DNA from: the human T2T-CHM13v2.0 reference genome, Homo sapiens
Assembly (NCBI RefSeq): GCF_009914755.1
Contig: NC_060925.1
Reading direction: 5' to 3' (one strand)
Length of the DNA stretch: 64,000 nt
Position numbers and translations under genes: made by a program. The notes under the pieces are model-generated. The model was not told the origin of the DNA and did not search any database. It saw only the letters and a list, made by a program, of their open reading frames with translations. Numbering within the stretch: the first letter of the stretch is position 1; the number at the start of each line of letters is the position of its first letter. Positions 1 through 17,197 of this stretch are shown in pieces.

Positions 1-519
1 CTGGAAGTCTGAAAAACAAATAACATTAAGAATGAGAAAGGAAAAATAGGAAAAATTTTAAATCAAAAGGCATTGAAAAATCCATATCAACACCATTTAA
101 AATTTAGGTGAACTGGGCAAGTTTCTAGAATAATATAAATTATTAAAATTCACTTTTAAAAAAGTAGAAAATATGAAAAGACCAACAACCAGAGAAAAAT
201 GGAAAGTGTTAAAAATCTACTCCATGAAAGGCATGAAGAGTGGGATAATGGGTGAGTTCTACCAAGCCTTTTAAAAAAAATTTCAATGTCTCTAATATGT
301 TAATTTTTATGTATTACATAGTTTAAAATGTAATTTATAACAGTTTGAAAGCATATATTTCAACATATATTTTTAAAGGAGAAATTTAAATCAAGTATAT
401 GCAGACCCCGAAGCACGTGTATAGAACCTTGGAGTTCACTAAACATAATTCTACCAAGACTTTTAAGCAACAGATAAGTCCTATATTATTAGACTCTTCC
501 AGAACATGAAAAGAAAAGG

Positions 520-865
<346 letters not shown>

Positions 866-1067
866 CTAAATTAATAGATTAAAGGAGAAAAACTAGATTT
901 CTAAATCCCATTTGATTAAACATTTTCTTGAATTAAATAACAACAAAAGCCCTAATTCTAGAAAGCTAGGAATAGAAGAAAACTCTCTTGATGAAGCTTA
1001 TCTATTTGAATCATACTTAGGAGAGTTCTCATTATTATTAGTAACATGACAAGAATGCTGTCTTTTA

Positions 1068-1351
1068 TGGCTCACGCTGGTAATCCTAACACTTTGGGAG
1101 ACCACAGTGTGGGAGTATCACTTGAACCCAGGAGTTCGAGACTAGCCTGGAAAACATAGGGAGACCATGTCTCTACAAAAAAAATTTTTTTTAATTAGCT
1201 GGGAGTGGTGGCATGCACCTGTAGTCCCTGCTACTCAGGAGGCTGAGGTGGGAGGATCCCAGAGTCCAGGAGTTTGAGGTTGCAATGAGCTATGATTGTG
1301 CCACTGCATTCCAGCCTGGACAAGAGTGAGACTTTGTCTGAAAAAAAAAAA
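1068..1351 (+). mobile_element. AluJ-like
   Basis: Dimeric Alu, A tail, TSD aatgctgtcttt. Confidence 0.88.
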
Positions 1352-2166
1352 ATGCTGTCTTTCACTAATATTAATTATCCAATATTGTTCTGGAAAACCT
1401 AGCAAATGAAATAAAGAAAAAGAAATGAGATAGATAAGAATTGGAGAGAAAAGAAAGTACAATACAAATATTCTGGAGTAAAAAGCTTATTAATATTTTC
1501 AGATGCTATGGATTGTCATACTTAAAAATTAAGACAATCAACTAAAAAATCAACAAAACACTAAGAAGAGAATTGCATAAGGTAGCCCAGTACAAGTTAA
1601 ATATACAATATGGAAATACTTCCTATGACATCAATTAGAGAAAACATCTGTCGACAATACTCAGAACACTATAAAATAGCTAGTAATAAACCTAACAAAA
1701 AAATGTGTAAAATCTGCATGAAGAAAACGTGATGGGAATACTTACTACAAAGATTTCAGTTCTTCCCAATCTAACCTATAAATTCAATACATTCCTAAGC
1801 AAAATCCTCATGAAATTTTATTAAGAACCTTGGTGAGCTGATTATAAAGTTTATTAGTAACATGAGTGTATAAGAATAGCTATAAGAAAATTTTAAAAAG
1901 AAGAAACATTTCTAAATATACACTAACCTATAATAGTTTATGTGGATAATGTAGAAATAGACACATAGATCAATGGGATGGAATAGAAACAGTTCTGTAT
2001 ACATGTGGAGGTTTTGTATCTGATATAAGGGGCTTTTTCAACCAGTGGGGAAAGGCTGCCCTATTCAATAAGTGGTGGGACAAAGATCTAAGCATGAAAA
2101 AAACAAAGTGATAATTGAATAAAATATAGGAAACTATGTTGGGATCTTGCAGGCAGAAGAGAATGA

Positions 2167-2592
<426 letters not shown>

Positions 2593-4451
2593 CTAGAGAG
2601 GTTGGAGAGCAGACTAAGGAAGGGAGAGGAGGTGAAAACATGGGGATTTGGAGATGGAAGAGACATTTTTGAGGGAAGTTGTGATCTTTTCTTTAAAGCA
2701 GAACATAAGATTTTATGCTGAGACTCTCAGGGAGAAGTGGCTGATGAAGGTAGAACCCCATTTCTTGAATTCTTGGCTTCTGAAGTTAATATGTGAAAGA
2801 AGCAAATTACTATTGGACTACATTCTGACAAGCAAGATGCATGAAATCCAAGCAAATATTTTTGCACATTACCTTGTAAAGGTAATAATGAGAAGGCTTT
2901 AATAAGAGCACAGCAGGTGATGTAAACAAAGGACTAGTCAATGAATTTGCAGAATTCTTGCCCCTCCAGAAAGCCCTCTGCATTAGCCTTTGGACTCAAC
3001 ACTTATAAGGTTCTCGACATATCAAGAACCCAAGGGTTGTATGGGATTCTGTTCCTTGTCACATTATGCCCATTTGAGAACAAGGGGACTATTCTGGAGC
3101 TGATCAGTCTTTGCCTGTCCTGAGGTGACTTCAGCCGAGATTTGGGAAAGGCTGGGTCCCTCCCTTGCCCCAGTGTTGAAAGCTTCTCCCATATATGGAA
3201 TGTAATTGCAGTTGAAGCTCTTTTTATTTATACTCATGCCAGGCACAGTGTGGCTGTAACTAGGATATAAATAAGACATTGAATAACTTTGGTCTTAATG
3301 TGCACAGAAACCTGTCTTTAAAATGACTGCCCAAGCAGAAGATTCCTTGGAAAATAAATATCCTTACTCTATTAATTTTAAATAGCAGAAGCATGCAGAG
3401 TTCTTTCTTCCTCTCCCCCCAAAAAAAGCCTTTGGGAAAAAAATCAATATTAAAACCTCATCCTTACTGTCTAATTACTCAGTGCTGAAATAAAGGTAGA
3501 CAGAGGTTCCATTAATTTTGGAAAAGTAAAACCATACCTTGGGGAAAAAAATGCCACAGAACGCTAGGGCTGAAATGTAAACCATTAAAAAATTTGGCAA
3601 CAACAATTCCATATTAAAATGCTATGAATAGAAAGGGCTAAACTCACAAATATTAAGCCTACTAAATAGTTTCTTTTAATTTATACCAGGAAATTATAGG
3701 GAAAGAATCCTCTCCTTGAGTCCTGGAATACAGCTTAAAATTATCTGGAATGGAGAAAGGAGAATACAGTGCCATAAAAACTACCAGTTAGAAACTTCAG
3801 TTTGGAGTGTGTGTTCAAGATTCTAATGTGAATTAACTCAGAAATCATTTAACTTTAAGCTTTCACGCTTTTCCTTTATCAGGATTTGTAGGTCCCTCAC
3901 CCTGACACCAATTAACTTTACAATGACCCCCTCCTGCCCAGTGTGCCTTGGAATTATCAGTGAATGGGAAAGAAAAGGGGAAAGAGAGGGACAGAAGAGA
4001 GAACCAGGCAAGGACAATAAAGGCAGGTGTGGGGAGAGATAGATAAGAGAGGAAAAAGCTGAGAGGGAGAGGAGAGGAGGAACTTGAGAAGAGGGCCCTC
4101 TGTGGTTATCATGTGAGCCTTTCTAGGGTTTTCTTAGGCTCCTCTGGGTCTCCAAACCAATTATAATGATATTCAACAAATTGCAAAATTTTGGTACAAT
4201 GCCTCTGCCCCAGGAAGCATTTGTTCATTTTGGGTGTTCCATCTGAGTCAATGTCCAGCACAGCACCTTACACTCAACAGGTCCTCCATGCTGTCTGTGG
4301 TATTAGGTGACACTTTGTTCATTGGTGACACAGTTTCTGCTGACCCTAGACCAGTGGCTCTCCAAGCACTAAGCCAGCAGCCACATCAGAATCCCACCTG
4401 AAGGAGATCACCTTTGACCCTTCCACCTTACACAGTTGGTTTAAATCTGAC

Positions 4452-4585
4452 CTTTCTGGATCAAAGTCACCAACGATTGTTGATTCGTGCTTGTGGACTT
4501 GCTGCTGCAAAGTCAGATGCTTGTCCTTGGTGGCCAGAAAGTTCTGCTCCAGCAGTTCAAGGTGTCCCTGCAGTTTCTCCAGGAC
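4452..4585 (-). CDS. AKNAD1: AKNAD1 exon 6 (VLEKLQGHLELLEQNFLATKDKHLTLQQQVHKHESTIVGDFDPE-R), coiled-coil-like, 134 nt
   Basis: ctgcag| acceptor, AAG|gtcaga donor, frame continues from exon 5. Confidence 0.92.
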
Positions 4586-5398
4586 CTGCAGCGGTGAAGT
4601 CACTGGAATCATTCACATGCAAGCCTGTGTGTGTAATTGTTTTCCCAAAAACACAAAGCAGGTGTACCCTACAGTAGTGTCAAAACAAAGCTGCCATCCT
4701 TCTCCCAGCAGCATAAATTGTTTTGTCTCAGAGTCTGACATCTAAACTACAGACAACCCAAGGGTCATCTCAACATTCACAAACCCTCACAGCACACAGC
4801 TCAAAAGTACAATTACTTCTGATTTCTCTCTCAGAACCCACTCAGAGGCCTCTGGCCTTCCTTAGTGGGACATTCATAATCCTGTATATTTGCAGAATGG
4901 TTTTTAGCTTACAAAGCATTTTTCCATTCCTCATCTTATTTAATCAACACATCAATGTTGTAAATGTAGTAAAGTATATTTTATTATCCCACTTTTACAA
5001 AGGAGGAAATTGGAGCTCTAGCAATATGTCTGAAGGCACATAGATCTTAAAAAGGAACTGTAGTTACATGGCCTGGGTTTCAGTCTGTGGGGAGTTGGAG
5101 GATGAGATGGGGAAGGAACAGCAGGAAGATTTAGCCAAAGCTGTGAATGGGTCTTCCAGACGTCACTACGTGCAGCCTCAAGCAGATGAATGTTTAAACT
5201 GTGCGGGTTAGGGGCATGTTGAAGATGTATGGAGGCTTCAGTTCCACATCCCCAGTCACTAAACATTCCCTGAGCACTTTCTATTTCTGGCCCTGGGCCA
5301 GAAGTGTGAGATTAAAAAATTGCATCAGGCACAGTTCCTGGTCTTAGAGATGTTATTCCATTGAGAAAAGAGACTGTGGCTTAGAGTACTTAGCCAAA

Positions 5399-5823
<425 letters not shown>

Positions 5824-6110
5824 TCAGGCATAAAGGATGCTCTGGAGGGCCTGGACCAGGCAGTATCCATGAAAATGGAGAGGAAGGGATGAATTGGACA
5901 GAGGTTGCCCAGGACAGAAACATAGCTCGGTGAGGTTACAGGATCAGACACAGCTGGGTGCAAGTTCAGACTCTGTCACTTACTCATTGTATGATTTTAG
6001 TAAACTTGAACTCTCTAAGCTTCAGTTTCTACATCTGTAAAATTAAGGTAATACTCCTTGCCTCATATTATAAAAACTAAATGAGATAATGCATTGTGCC
6101 AGGACTATAG

Positions 6111-6461
<351 letters not shown>

Positions 6462-6513
6462 TAAACAAGAGTTTGGAAACATATTGGCTAAAGGGTAGAT
6501 AAAAAGCGGCAGG

Positions 6514-6970
6514 TGTGGCAGATGTTTTACATTTCTCCCCAGGTTCATCCTCTTTCTCTGTGCTGACCTTTAATGGACTGCACCACAGGCTCCCCTGGGC
6601 CCTGGCTTTGGTTGGTTTTAGTCGATGGAAGGCAACAGCAGGAGAGAGGAGTTGGAGGATGAGATGGGAGTCTTTTCTTCCTCACCTGTGCCGTCATGGA
6701 GTTGACTCTGTCCCTCCACCAAAAGCCACAGGGCTTGTCAGCTAGTCCCACAGTGACAGCTGCTCTCTTTAGGCTCTAGGACCTGCTTTTCCTCTGTTCC
6801 TTCAGGCCAAAGGGGAGCTCCCCACGGGTCCTTCCAGGAGATGCTTTTCCATCCCTTATTGGTTTCCCTTAGCCTTGCCCACACTGTTGTAAACTAATGC
6901 CTTTGTTAAACTCTCCTCCGTTGCCCCATTTGAGTAACCATCTGGTCCCTGCCAGAACCCTGACTGACAC
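6514..6970 (+). mobile_element. Old ERVL solo LTR (LTR33-like)
   Basis: Starts tgtggcag, ends ccctgactgaca, resembling the LTR33 3' end. Confidence 0.55.
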
Positions 6971-8482
6971 TGTAAATCTCACAGACAATGCTTGAGTTTC
7001 TCAGCTTGGGAAGTGAGAAGAATGTGGTAGACCTGACTAAACTGGGGAATTTGGAAAGGCTAACAGGCTCGAAGATATTGATGTTGGACAAGGTAGAGTT
7101 TGCAGTGAGGGTGGGATGTCCGAAGTGAAGAGAGACACAAACATTTGGAGCTATAGATGAGAAGTCAGGACAAGTCACTTACGAACTGGAAGCCTGAAGA
7201 TGGCAGCTGAGGCCATGAGGAAGAATTATGTGTTCAAGGGAAAGAGGGTAATGAGAAAAGAGATAAAAGCTAATCACAAATTATAATTCAGGATCTTGGA
7301 ATTTAAATTGCATTATGTTGCAGAAGATAGGGCACAATTTCCTAGGCAGAAGTGTGCCTCACTGAATTCTCATAACAACTCTGAAAGGGAAGACATGCTG
7401 TAACATGTCTACAGTTGTGTAACCAATAAGTAGAGGCACGACATCCGCTCCAAAATCCAAATGCTTTCTGCTGTGTAGTGCTGCTCAGGCTGAGGCGGTT
7501 GCTTGTAGCCCTGTCTGGCTTTTTTCAAGACTGAACCACCTGGGCCTGGAAGTCCCAGACCACAGGCTGATAATGTCAGGAGCCACCTTTACTCTCCTCT
7601 CGGTCAGCAGGGATCCTCACATACCTGATAACATCAGGAAGAAACCTCCCGCATCCAGGCTTCCGAAGGCTCCTGACAGAACCAGTTTTCTCTGCTCTGC
7701 TCAGCCCTTTAAAATTCTGTGTTCTTCCAATTCCTGAAATCCTAGCTTTCTGGAGATCTTGCTTATCGTTGTTTCTTCCATAATCCCTGCAATCTGGCTT
7801 CCAGATCCACCACTTCAATCAAAACCAGGCTTGCCAAAGACCCTTATAACATCTTGATTGCCAAATCCAATGCACTTCTTATTTGGGCCCACTCCCCTCT
7901 CCTTCAAACCCCCTTTTCTCTTGGCTTCTCCGCCTCCGCTCCTCCCCAGCTGCCATTTCCCTCGAGTCTCTCCTGGGCCCTCTTCACTTCTCACTCTGTG
8001 TATTTTGCCTGGCCCGTCTCATCCACTCCAGCGTCAACTCACAACTATGCCCAAATCTACATTTCTCACCCAAACAGCTCTGCAGGCCAGATCCACTGGT
8101 CTAACTGCCTACTGGAGCCCTCTACTTAGATGTCCCAAAGGTAGCTCAAACTCAAAATGCCCCAAACTCAACTTGACGTCTTGCCTCCTGCTTGCCTTCC
8201 ACACCCATTCTAAACGGGATCCTCTACTTTTATTCCTGACCTTGGTTACCCAAGCCAGAAATCTGGAGCTCATCCAGGCCTCTTCCCTTCCTCTCTTCAG
8301 CCCTTTCCATCTGCCACCATTTCCCTAAACCCCCAGATTTGTCCCCATCTCCAGCCTCATTGCCAGCCTTCGTTCAGGCCCTCCTGACTTGTTACCTGGA
8401 TTCTGGCTTCCGAACCAATCTCTGTGCCTTCAGCCTTGCCCCCATGGTGCTTCCCATTTGTCAGCTTGAAAACCTTCAATGC

Positions 8483-8887
<405 letters not shown>

Positions 8888-10069
8888 TCACCACGCGCTC
8901 CCAAGTGCCGTATGGTAAATCACAGTGCCCACAGCTCCTCACACTGGCAGCACTTCCTCACCCCTGTGCCATTGCACCTGCTGTTTTCTTTTTCTAGAAT
9001 ACCCCTTGGTCTCCTGCCAAGCTCATCCCTATTCCTTCTGCAACACCCAGCTCAGAAGTGACTTCCAGGAAGCCTTCCAAATGTCCCCTCACTGGCAAAG
9101 GTGAGCCTCTTCTAGGCTGCCATTAGCATTCTCTGTAACATTTCTCCAGCTGCATTTTAGCTGCCTGTTTACCAGTCCACTGTTCCTAAGAGACTATAAA
9201 CCACTTGGAAAAGGAATTGTTTATTCATCTTGAATTCCTAGTGCCTGGTACAGGGTCTGGGACATAGAAAGTGCCTGATAAATGTTTGTTGAATGAATGA
9301 TTTAATTAACAGGATAAAGGAGAGAATAATCAACTGTGTCTTTTAGCATTTGGGTCCCCTGGTTTTTGTCCATGCTGCTAGGTTTCTGAAGCACAGCCCT
9401 CCCTAAACCTTGCTTGTGCCTACGTCAGAACTTCTGACCTTATCCCTTGTTGATGAGCCAATGGCCTCAACTACATCTTCAATGTCAGGTCAGCATACTT
9501 CTGGTTCTCCCAGCCTTACCCTTCACCCCATTGCTCCACCCCCTTCCATTGATCCTGGCACTGACAACATGACTGCTGTGGTGATGACATAAATTAATGG
9601 TTTGATTAAATGCAGCAACTAGCAAGGATATGAAAGGAAAAGATTTTGACCTGAAAAACATTGCTTCAAGGTTGATTTTATGAGTATTCAAAGTCATATT
9701 TAATTTCCAGGTAATGGCAATTCTTATAACCTGAATTCACCAGTACCCATCAACTGCGGACAGGCCCACCCTTTATAACTGATTATGGGTTCTTCTCTTG
9801 AACCTCCCGTGGTGTCAGATTAATTATGAGTAACCTGGCAAGGAGTAATAGCCATAAGTAATAGATCCCCTGAGAAGGAAAGAGGGCTAAATAGATAGAG
9901 AAACAGAATTCTAAGCTCTTTTAGCCCCCATAAACAAAGATGGTTTAATCTTTAGCAAAACATTTCCACTCCCACCACTGTAGAGAAAACATGGCACTAT
10001 AAAGTTATTTATCTTTATCCAAGCCATATTCTCTAATCAAGATTTTAAAAACGGGATAAAATTCATTAC

Positions 10070-10132
10070 CAGCTTCTTGTCTTGCAAATGGTAAGGAGAG
10101 TCCTGTTTTATTCTTTTGGAAAATTCTTGTAC
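10070..10132 (-). CDS. AKNAD1: AKNAD1 exon 5 (VQEFSKRIKQDSPYHLQDKKL), 63 nt
   Basis: cactgcag| acceptor, CTG|gtaatg donor; 97-nt intron to exon 4. Confidence 0.9.
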
Positions 10133-10229
10133 CTGCAGTGAAAAAATTACAATCTCTCATTAATGGCATGGTTTCTCATGTATGAATTTGGTTACTTATA
10201 TTGTTTATAATAAGCTTTAAAAGTATTAC

Positions 10230-10378
10230 TTTAGTCTTCAGTTGATCAGTCTGTTCTTTCAACTTCTGACACATCTGTTTCCCTTGGGATATCTTTTGAA
10301 ATATGTAAGAAGAACTTGAGGAAGTGCCTTTCTGAGAGGTTGGTGACAACTTAGAGAGACTTGCCTCAGATTCTATTC
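10230..10378 (-). CDS. AKNAD1: AKNAD1 exon 4 (IESEASLSKLSPTSQKGTSSSSSYIFQKISQGKQMCQKLKEQTDQLKTK), 149 nt
   Basis: tttcttgtatag| acceptor, AAA|gtaata donor, open frame, phase 1 to 0. Confidence 0.9.
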
Positions 10379-10512
10379 CTATACAAGAAAGAACACATTT
10401 GGGCTACCATTCATCTCAACTTATCACAGTTTTATTAAGTACTGAAAACAGAAAGCTGTTGCAGTCACCACCACTTACTATTTTTAAAATTTAATTTTTT
10501 TCAAAATATTTA

Positions 10513-10828
<316 letters not shown>

Positions 10829-10854
10829 TCAAAGAAGTTTTAAAACATTAGTAC

Positions 10855-10894
10855 CTGTGAGAAGTTCTTGGTGGATATGTACTATGGGCTCCAT
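10855..10894 (-). CDS. AKNAD1: AKNAD1 exon 3 (MEPIVHIHQELLT-G), 40 nt
   Basis: gtgcag| acceptor, G|gtacta donor, phase 0 to 1 consistent with neighbours. Confidence 0.9.
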
Positions 10895-12989
10895 CTGCAC
10901 AATTAAAGGGTAAGAAAACGTTACTGTCGATATTGATCAATGACACCACCGTTCAGAATGACCCAACATGTTCTGTCATCATAGAGGGAGCCCAGGTTTG
11001 CAGTCAAGAGCCGGAGCCATGATGCCAAGGTTGAATTCCACTCTGACACTTACTTGCTGGGCAACCCAAGTAATTGTCTCATCACTTATAAGCCTGCAAT
11101 TCTTTGGCAGGAAAATGGGGATAGTAAGTGAACCTGCCTCAGGGGGTTGTTATGAGGATGAAATGTTAAATATCTACCATAGTATCAGGCAGGTGGTAAG
11201 CATGTAACAATACATGTTACCTGTTATCACCATTGTGTTTGATACTGGTATGTGAAATGCTGAAACATTTCTCCTAAAACTAGACTATAAGTTTCACAAG
11301 GGTAGGGACCATGGCTGGTCTTGTCACCAGCTCTGTTGCTGGTGCTGTCACTAACACAAAACTCATGGTAGCCACACTCTAGAGAATAACAGAGGATGCA
11401 TTAAGTTCCAAACTGTGTGTCAAGATAGTGATGGTTTTCTACTCACCACTGGCTAATTGAACAGTTTAAATTCCAGAGTGATTCACCTTGTGGGGTCTTT
11501 CCTTTGTTCCCAACACATAAAGCTCAGAAACATGCTAGTGCTGGAGAGCTGGTCAAAATGGACTATGGTCTTTCTAGACATCTCAACTATATGACGAATA
11601 TGAAACCTGCAGTGTCCAATTCTCCAATCTGAATTGACAGAACTGGAAAAAATCAGATACCTGACCTCGAACCCCCATACCAGAGGGAGAAGAGCCTGAT
11701 ATCCATCTGCTCCTGCTAACCACGGGGCACTGAGAACTGGACACAATGAGGATGTTCTCCTGCAAGCAGAACAAGGAACCCCGACACTTCCCAATACCAC
11801 GGGGGTGTAGGTTTCTCTCAGACCTAGAGAGCATCCCAGTCATGGCCAGGTGGGCTGTTGGCTCAGGTTTGGATGTAGGGGGTTCTGCTCAAACTCCCCA
11901 GGCATTCAGTTGAAAGAGAGGGGAGCTGAAGTGTGAAAATGGAAATGGAAATTAAAAAAAAGAGAGAGAGAGAAAAATCACTTCCAAGGTTAGGTTACAG
12001 AAAAAGAGAGAGAATGGAAATGGAAACAGGCAGTGTGGTTCAGTCCAGGACACCTTCATATAAGGCTCAAAGGAAAGATCATGCACTCTAGGCAAAGTGC
12101 CCAAGAACTAAAATGTATATTTTGATTATTAATATGGATTTACCTTACTATTGGGCCTCAAACATCAATGAGATCCTGAGCCTCAGCATGTTGAGAAGTT
12201 GGTGGGGGAGTGTGAGAAGTTGGCGTAAGGGAAAGGGGGAATAGCATAAATTAAGCATTAACAAAGTTTTGTACCAAATGATTACCAAGATAACAAGCTT
12301 GAAATCCATTACTAACGATCTTAATTCCATTGGACTTAGCATTAATAACTAAGGGCATAACGTACGTTAAGACACGAGGCCAGGCCTCTGGGGGAAATTA
12401 GGCAATGGAAAGGCGAAGATAAGGTTGCTGCCCTCCAGAGCCTTAGAATCTAGTGGAGGAAGCAGATGCTTCTGCTATTAAGATCCAAAGCAGGCTGAGA
12501 TACACACTCTGATGGAACGACTAAACAAGTGTGGAAAAGGTTGTGACTTAGGAGACCTGAAAAGTTATGTGGCCCAAGGGGGAATTGAAGGAGGCCATGA
12601 AAACAAGCAGGTCTTTGGCAAGTCAAGATGGGATGTGCCACGCAAGGCAGGAACTCAGAGAGCTCAGGGCCTGGGAAGAGGTTCTGGACCAGCCAGGTAA
12701 CTGCAGATGACTCCTGAAGGAAGGCAGCTAAGTTTAAGTGAGGAGAGCCAAATTCCGGCTTGCGGAATTTGGATTTTATTCTCTTATATGTTTTTGTCAG
12801 TGTAGCCTGTGATGCTTCTCGTGAGGACACTGAGAGTCGGAGTGGCCACGTCACTCATCCAGGGTGACCCAGGGTGCTGAATGAAACTTTGGAACTAGAA
12901 CCAAGCTCTATTCACCCTCCAAAAACCCACACTGAAAGAGATAAGCAGTGGTCCCAATTAATGTGTTTACAGGAGACTGTTTCATTTAC

Positions 12990-13982
12990 CTGGATTTGTT
13001 GTGAAGGTTCAGTGATTTTCCCTTTCTGCTCTTGATGTTGTTTTTCAACACAGTTTGACTCAGGCGTGGTTTCTAGACTATCTTGCACAAGAGTGGGTTT
13101 ATCTCTCGACTTGGAAGAAAAGCTGGCTTGTTTAGCTATTGCAAGTGGTTTATTAATTATCTTATTTTTAGGAATTTTCACTTTGGGAGCAATCTTAGAG
13201 AAATCAGGGAGCTGGTAATGAACTTGACCTTGGCCGTATTTGAACGTGTTGCCTGAATTTGCTTTTTCAGTCTGCTGTTTCTGGGGTGACTGCCCTTGAT
13301 AACTTTTTTGTTTATCACCTGGACCCTTGGTTTTAGTTAGAACATTCACATTTTCTTGATGGCTGCTATCTCCAGCAGCCACTGGCCCTTCTAAATCAGA
13401 GGTATTTTCCTCTGTCGTGGTGGCAGAACCAGGCTTATTGCTGTTTTCACCATCCCTTTTCGGGTTGAGTTGGTCAGTGAGTTCTGGGGTTTGTTCTTTT
13501 GGCCAAGAATTCTTATTATAACATGAAATAATACTTTTAATAATAGCTTCCTCTTCAAAACTGTCGGCATTTGAGATCTCTGGGAGGGTTTCACAATCAA
13601 TGCCTTGACCTCTTAAGAATGGCTCTTTGGAAAGATGATGAAGTAAAATATCAGAAATGCTTGACTTAGAAGCGTCTCCTTCATTTGCTGGAATATGAAG
13701 AGCTGCAGTGCATTGTTTCTCTTTCTCGTCTTTTTTGTTGGCAGCATTTTCAGTAATTTTACCCAGGGGTATGGTCACAGCTGTATTTCCACAAGTCTCA
13801 TTATGCATAGCCTTCTCTTGAGGGTCATCTGCTATGAAAATAATTTGATTTAAGACTTCAAGGCCATCCTTTTTTGAGGTAAAACTGTAATCATTGCCTA
13901 TCTTAATCTGAGAGAGGTCCCCATCATAAGGCAAATCCTCCTGCTTATAAGTCGTGTGTTCTGAAAAATCAGCCTCATCCAT
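12990..13982 (-). CDS. AKNAD1: AKNAD1 first coding exon (exon 2), MDEADFSEHT...PSQQIQ, 331 codons; exon including UTR probably 12990-14085
   Basis: Long non-repeat ORF recognised as the AKNAD1 N-terminus; ATG at 13982; donor CAG|GTAAAT at 12990, phase 0; acceptor tttcacacag| at 14085. Confidence 0.95.
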
Positions 13983-14438
13983 GTGTGTGCAGCCCGATCG
14001 CTCTCGTCCTCTGCCTCCTGAGCTGGCTGCTGTCAGTTGTAACAATAGCTCTGGTTCTCACTGACTGTCTTCACTGTGTGCTATTCTGTGTGAAATGAGA
14101 ACAGCCTCATTGTTAAATATATTGGAATAATGTATACAACTATGCCAGAACAAAGTGGATGTTTTTTTAATTTGAAAAATTCAGTTACAAACAGGAAGGC
14201 AGGAAGCTCAACCACAAGCTGACCCAACCTCAATCCACACTATGTTAACACAATCAGTAGAATAACAGCAAGGAATGGGGGAAAAAAAAAAAGAGAGTGT
14301 TACATTTTTCATTTATTAAATTTTGAGGATGACATTAGTCTACAGTTAATGGCCAAATACTTATCAACCTCCCTTAGGAGATAGTATTTGGAGTTTATTC
14401 TCCCAAAGTAGGAACTTGGGATGCAAGTAAAGGATTGA

Positions 14439-14748
<310 letters not shown>

Positions 14749-14969
14749 TGATTTTTTTTTTAACTACCAGAGCCACGCCTTGTCCACGTGTCACTGACAG
14801 TCTTCTAAGCCATGTGGCGATGGAAGCTGGCCTAGCTCACATGTAACACCCACCTTCTCCATTCTGGTGCCTTTTCACCTGTCCCTCCAGACCTTCTGGT
14901 CCCCTTCTCCTGACTTTCCCTTGCATGTCTGAGAAGGGCAGAGAAGGACTTACAGAAATATGACCAAGG

Positions 14970-15351
<382 letters not shown>

Positions 15352-16450
15352 TCAGGCAGGAACCTAGTCAGAGAGGCTGCCTTCCCTGAACAACCCCTGC
15401 CAGCCACCACAGCCCAGGCGGCGGTCTGGTGGTACCAGACTCTTTGGGGATATTCCTGAAAATGGCTGGAGTAAAACCAGCTGCCATTTGGTATGAGTCC
15501 TATTTTCTCTTTTTTAAACAAAATTTAAAGCACCCATTCAGATATCTCTTCCTGATTTGTGAACTTTTGGGATGATTCCTCAGAAGTAGTAATCTCAAGT
15601 TTTAAGTAGAGTAACTGAGATTCCCTCTCCCCTGGAGCACCAGCCCAGGGTGACCACAGCTGCTGGCAGCCTCCCTTGCCCATACAATGATTATGTTGGG
15701 TGAGCAGATCTCTGAGGTTCTCTCTCCAACCAAATTTTTATGAGTCTATAAGCTGGTGATTTATTAGGTAACCTCAAAAGCTAAAATCATATGTTTGACC
15801 AAAATAAATTTTTTTGAACTAAGTCGTCCAAGAAAAAAAGGAGTACAAACTAAATGTGGTAAAAGCATCTGTGAGACATTGTACAAAAATCTTAATTTAT
15901 AGACACATGCCAATGTTAGAGAACCCAAATTAAACAGATGCTCTGTTTAGAGAGGTGGAGAGAAAGGAGAATATCACTGCAGGATTATTTTAAATCATTT
16001 AAAGAGGGTAACATTTAGTATAAAGTGAGGCATGTCTTCATGAGAAGAATTACAGGCTATTCTAATCCAAGTTGAAGAACAAGGGAAAAGGCTTCCCAAG
16101 AAAGTGAAAGGCACAGTGGGAAAGCAGAAGTGGAGAGGCATGGATCTGAATACTCTGGCTTCTCTGCTTTCTAGCTGTGTGTCATCTGGCAAGTTATTTA
16201 ACTCTTGTGAGTCTCGGTTGCCTTTTCTGAGAAATAGGACTAGCAATACCTGAAATAAGGCACTAAAGTACTCGGCATAGGGCTTGGCACAGAGTAAGAA
16301 TTCCATACATTGTTGTTGAAAAATGAAAAAACAAAACCAGTCTCAGTATTGGAATACTGAAGAATGCCCAGGTCCAGAGGTGAGGCACTCCTTATCCGTG
16401 GGGATATTTAAAGGATAAAGGAAGGAATTGCATATGTAAAACATAATCTC

Positions 16451-16762
<312 letters not shown>

Positions 16763-16823
16763 TTAAGACAATTTTAAAACTCAATCTGTAAATAAATATA
16801 TTTGAAGGTAAAAAAAAAAATCA

Positions 16824-17135
<312 letters not shown>

Positions 17136-17197
17136 TCACTAAGCAAGTTTAAACAAAATATTGTCTAATTTTTTAGAACAAAAAAAAACAGAGTATC

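Noticed and set aside
256-465. 18-bp direct repeat ttctaccaag(c/a)cttttaa flanking about 175 bp
   Set aside because: Probably the TSD of an old insertion within L1; insert not identifiable by eye
7576-8328. Overlapping Pro/Leu/Ser-rich ORFs
   Set aside because: Pyrimidine-rich L2 remnant
12912-14045. 377-aa ORF as a single-exon protein with N-terminal extension
   Set aside because: It starts at TTG with an in-frame stop shortly upstream; the real ATG is 13982, and the tail after 12990 is intron read-through
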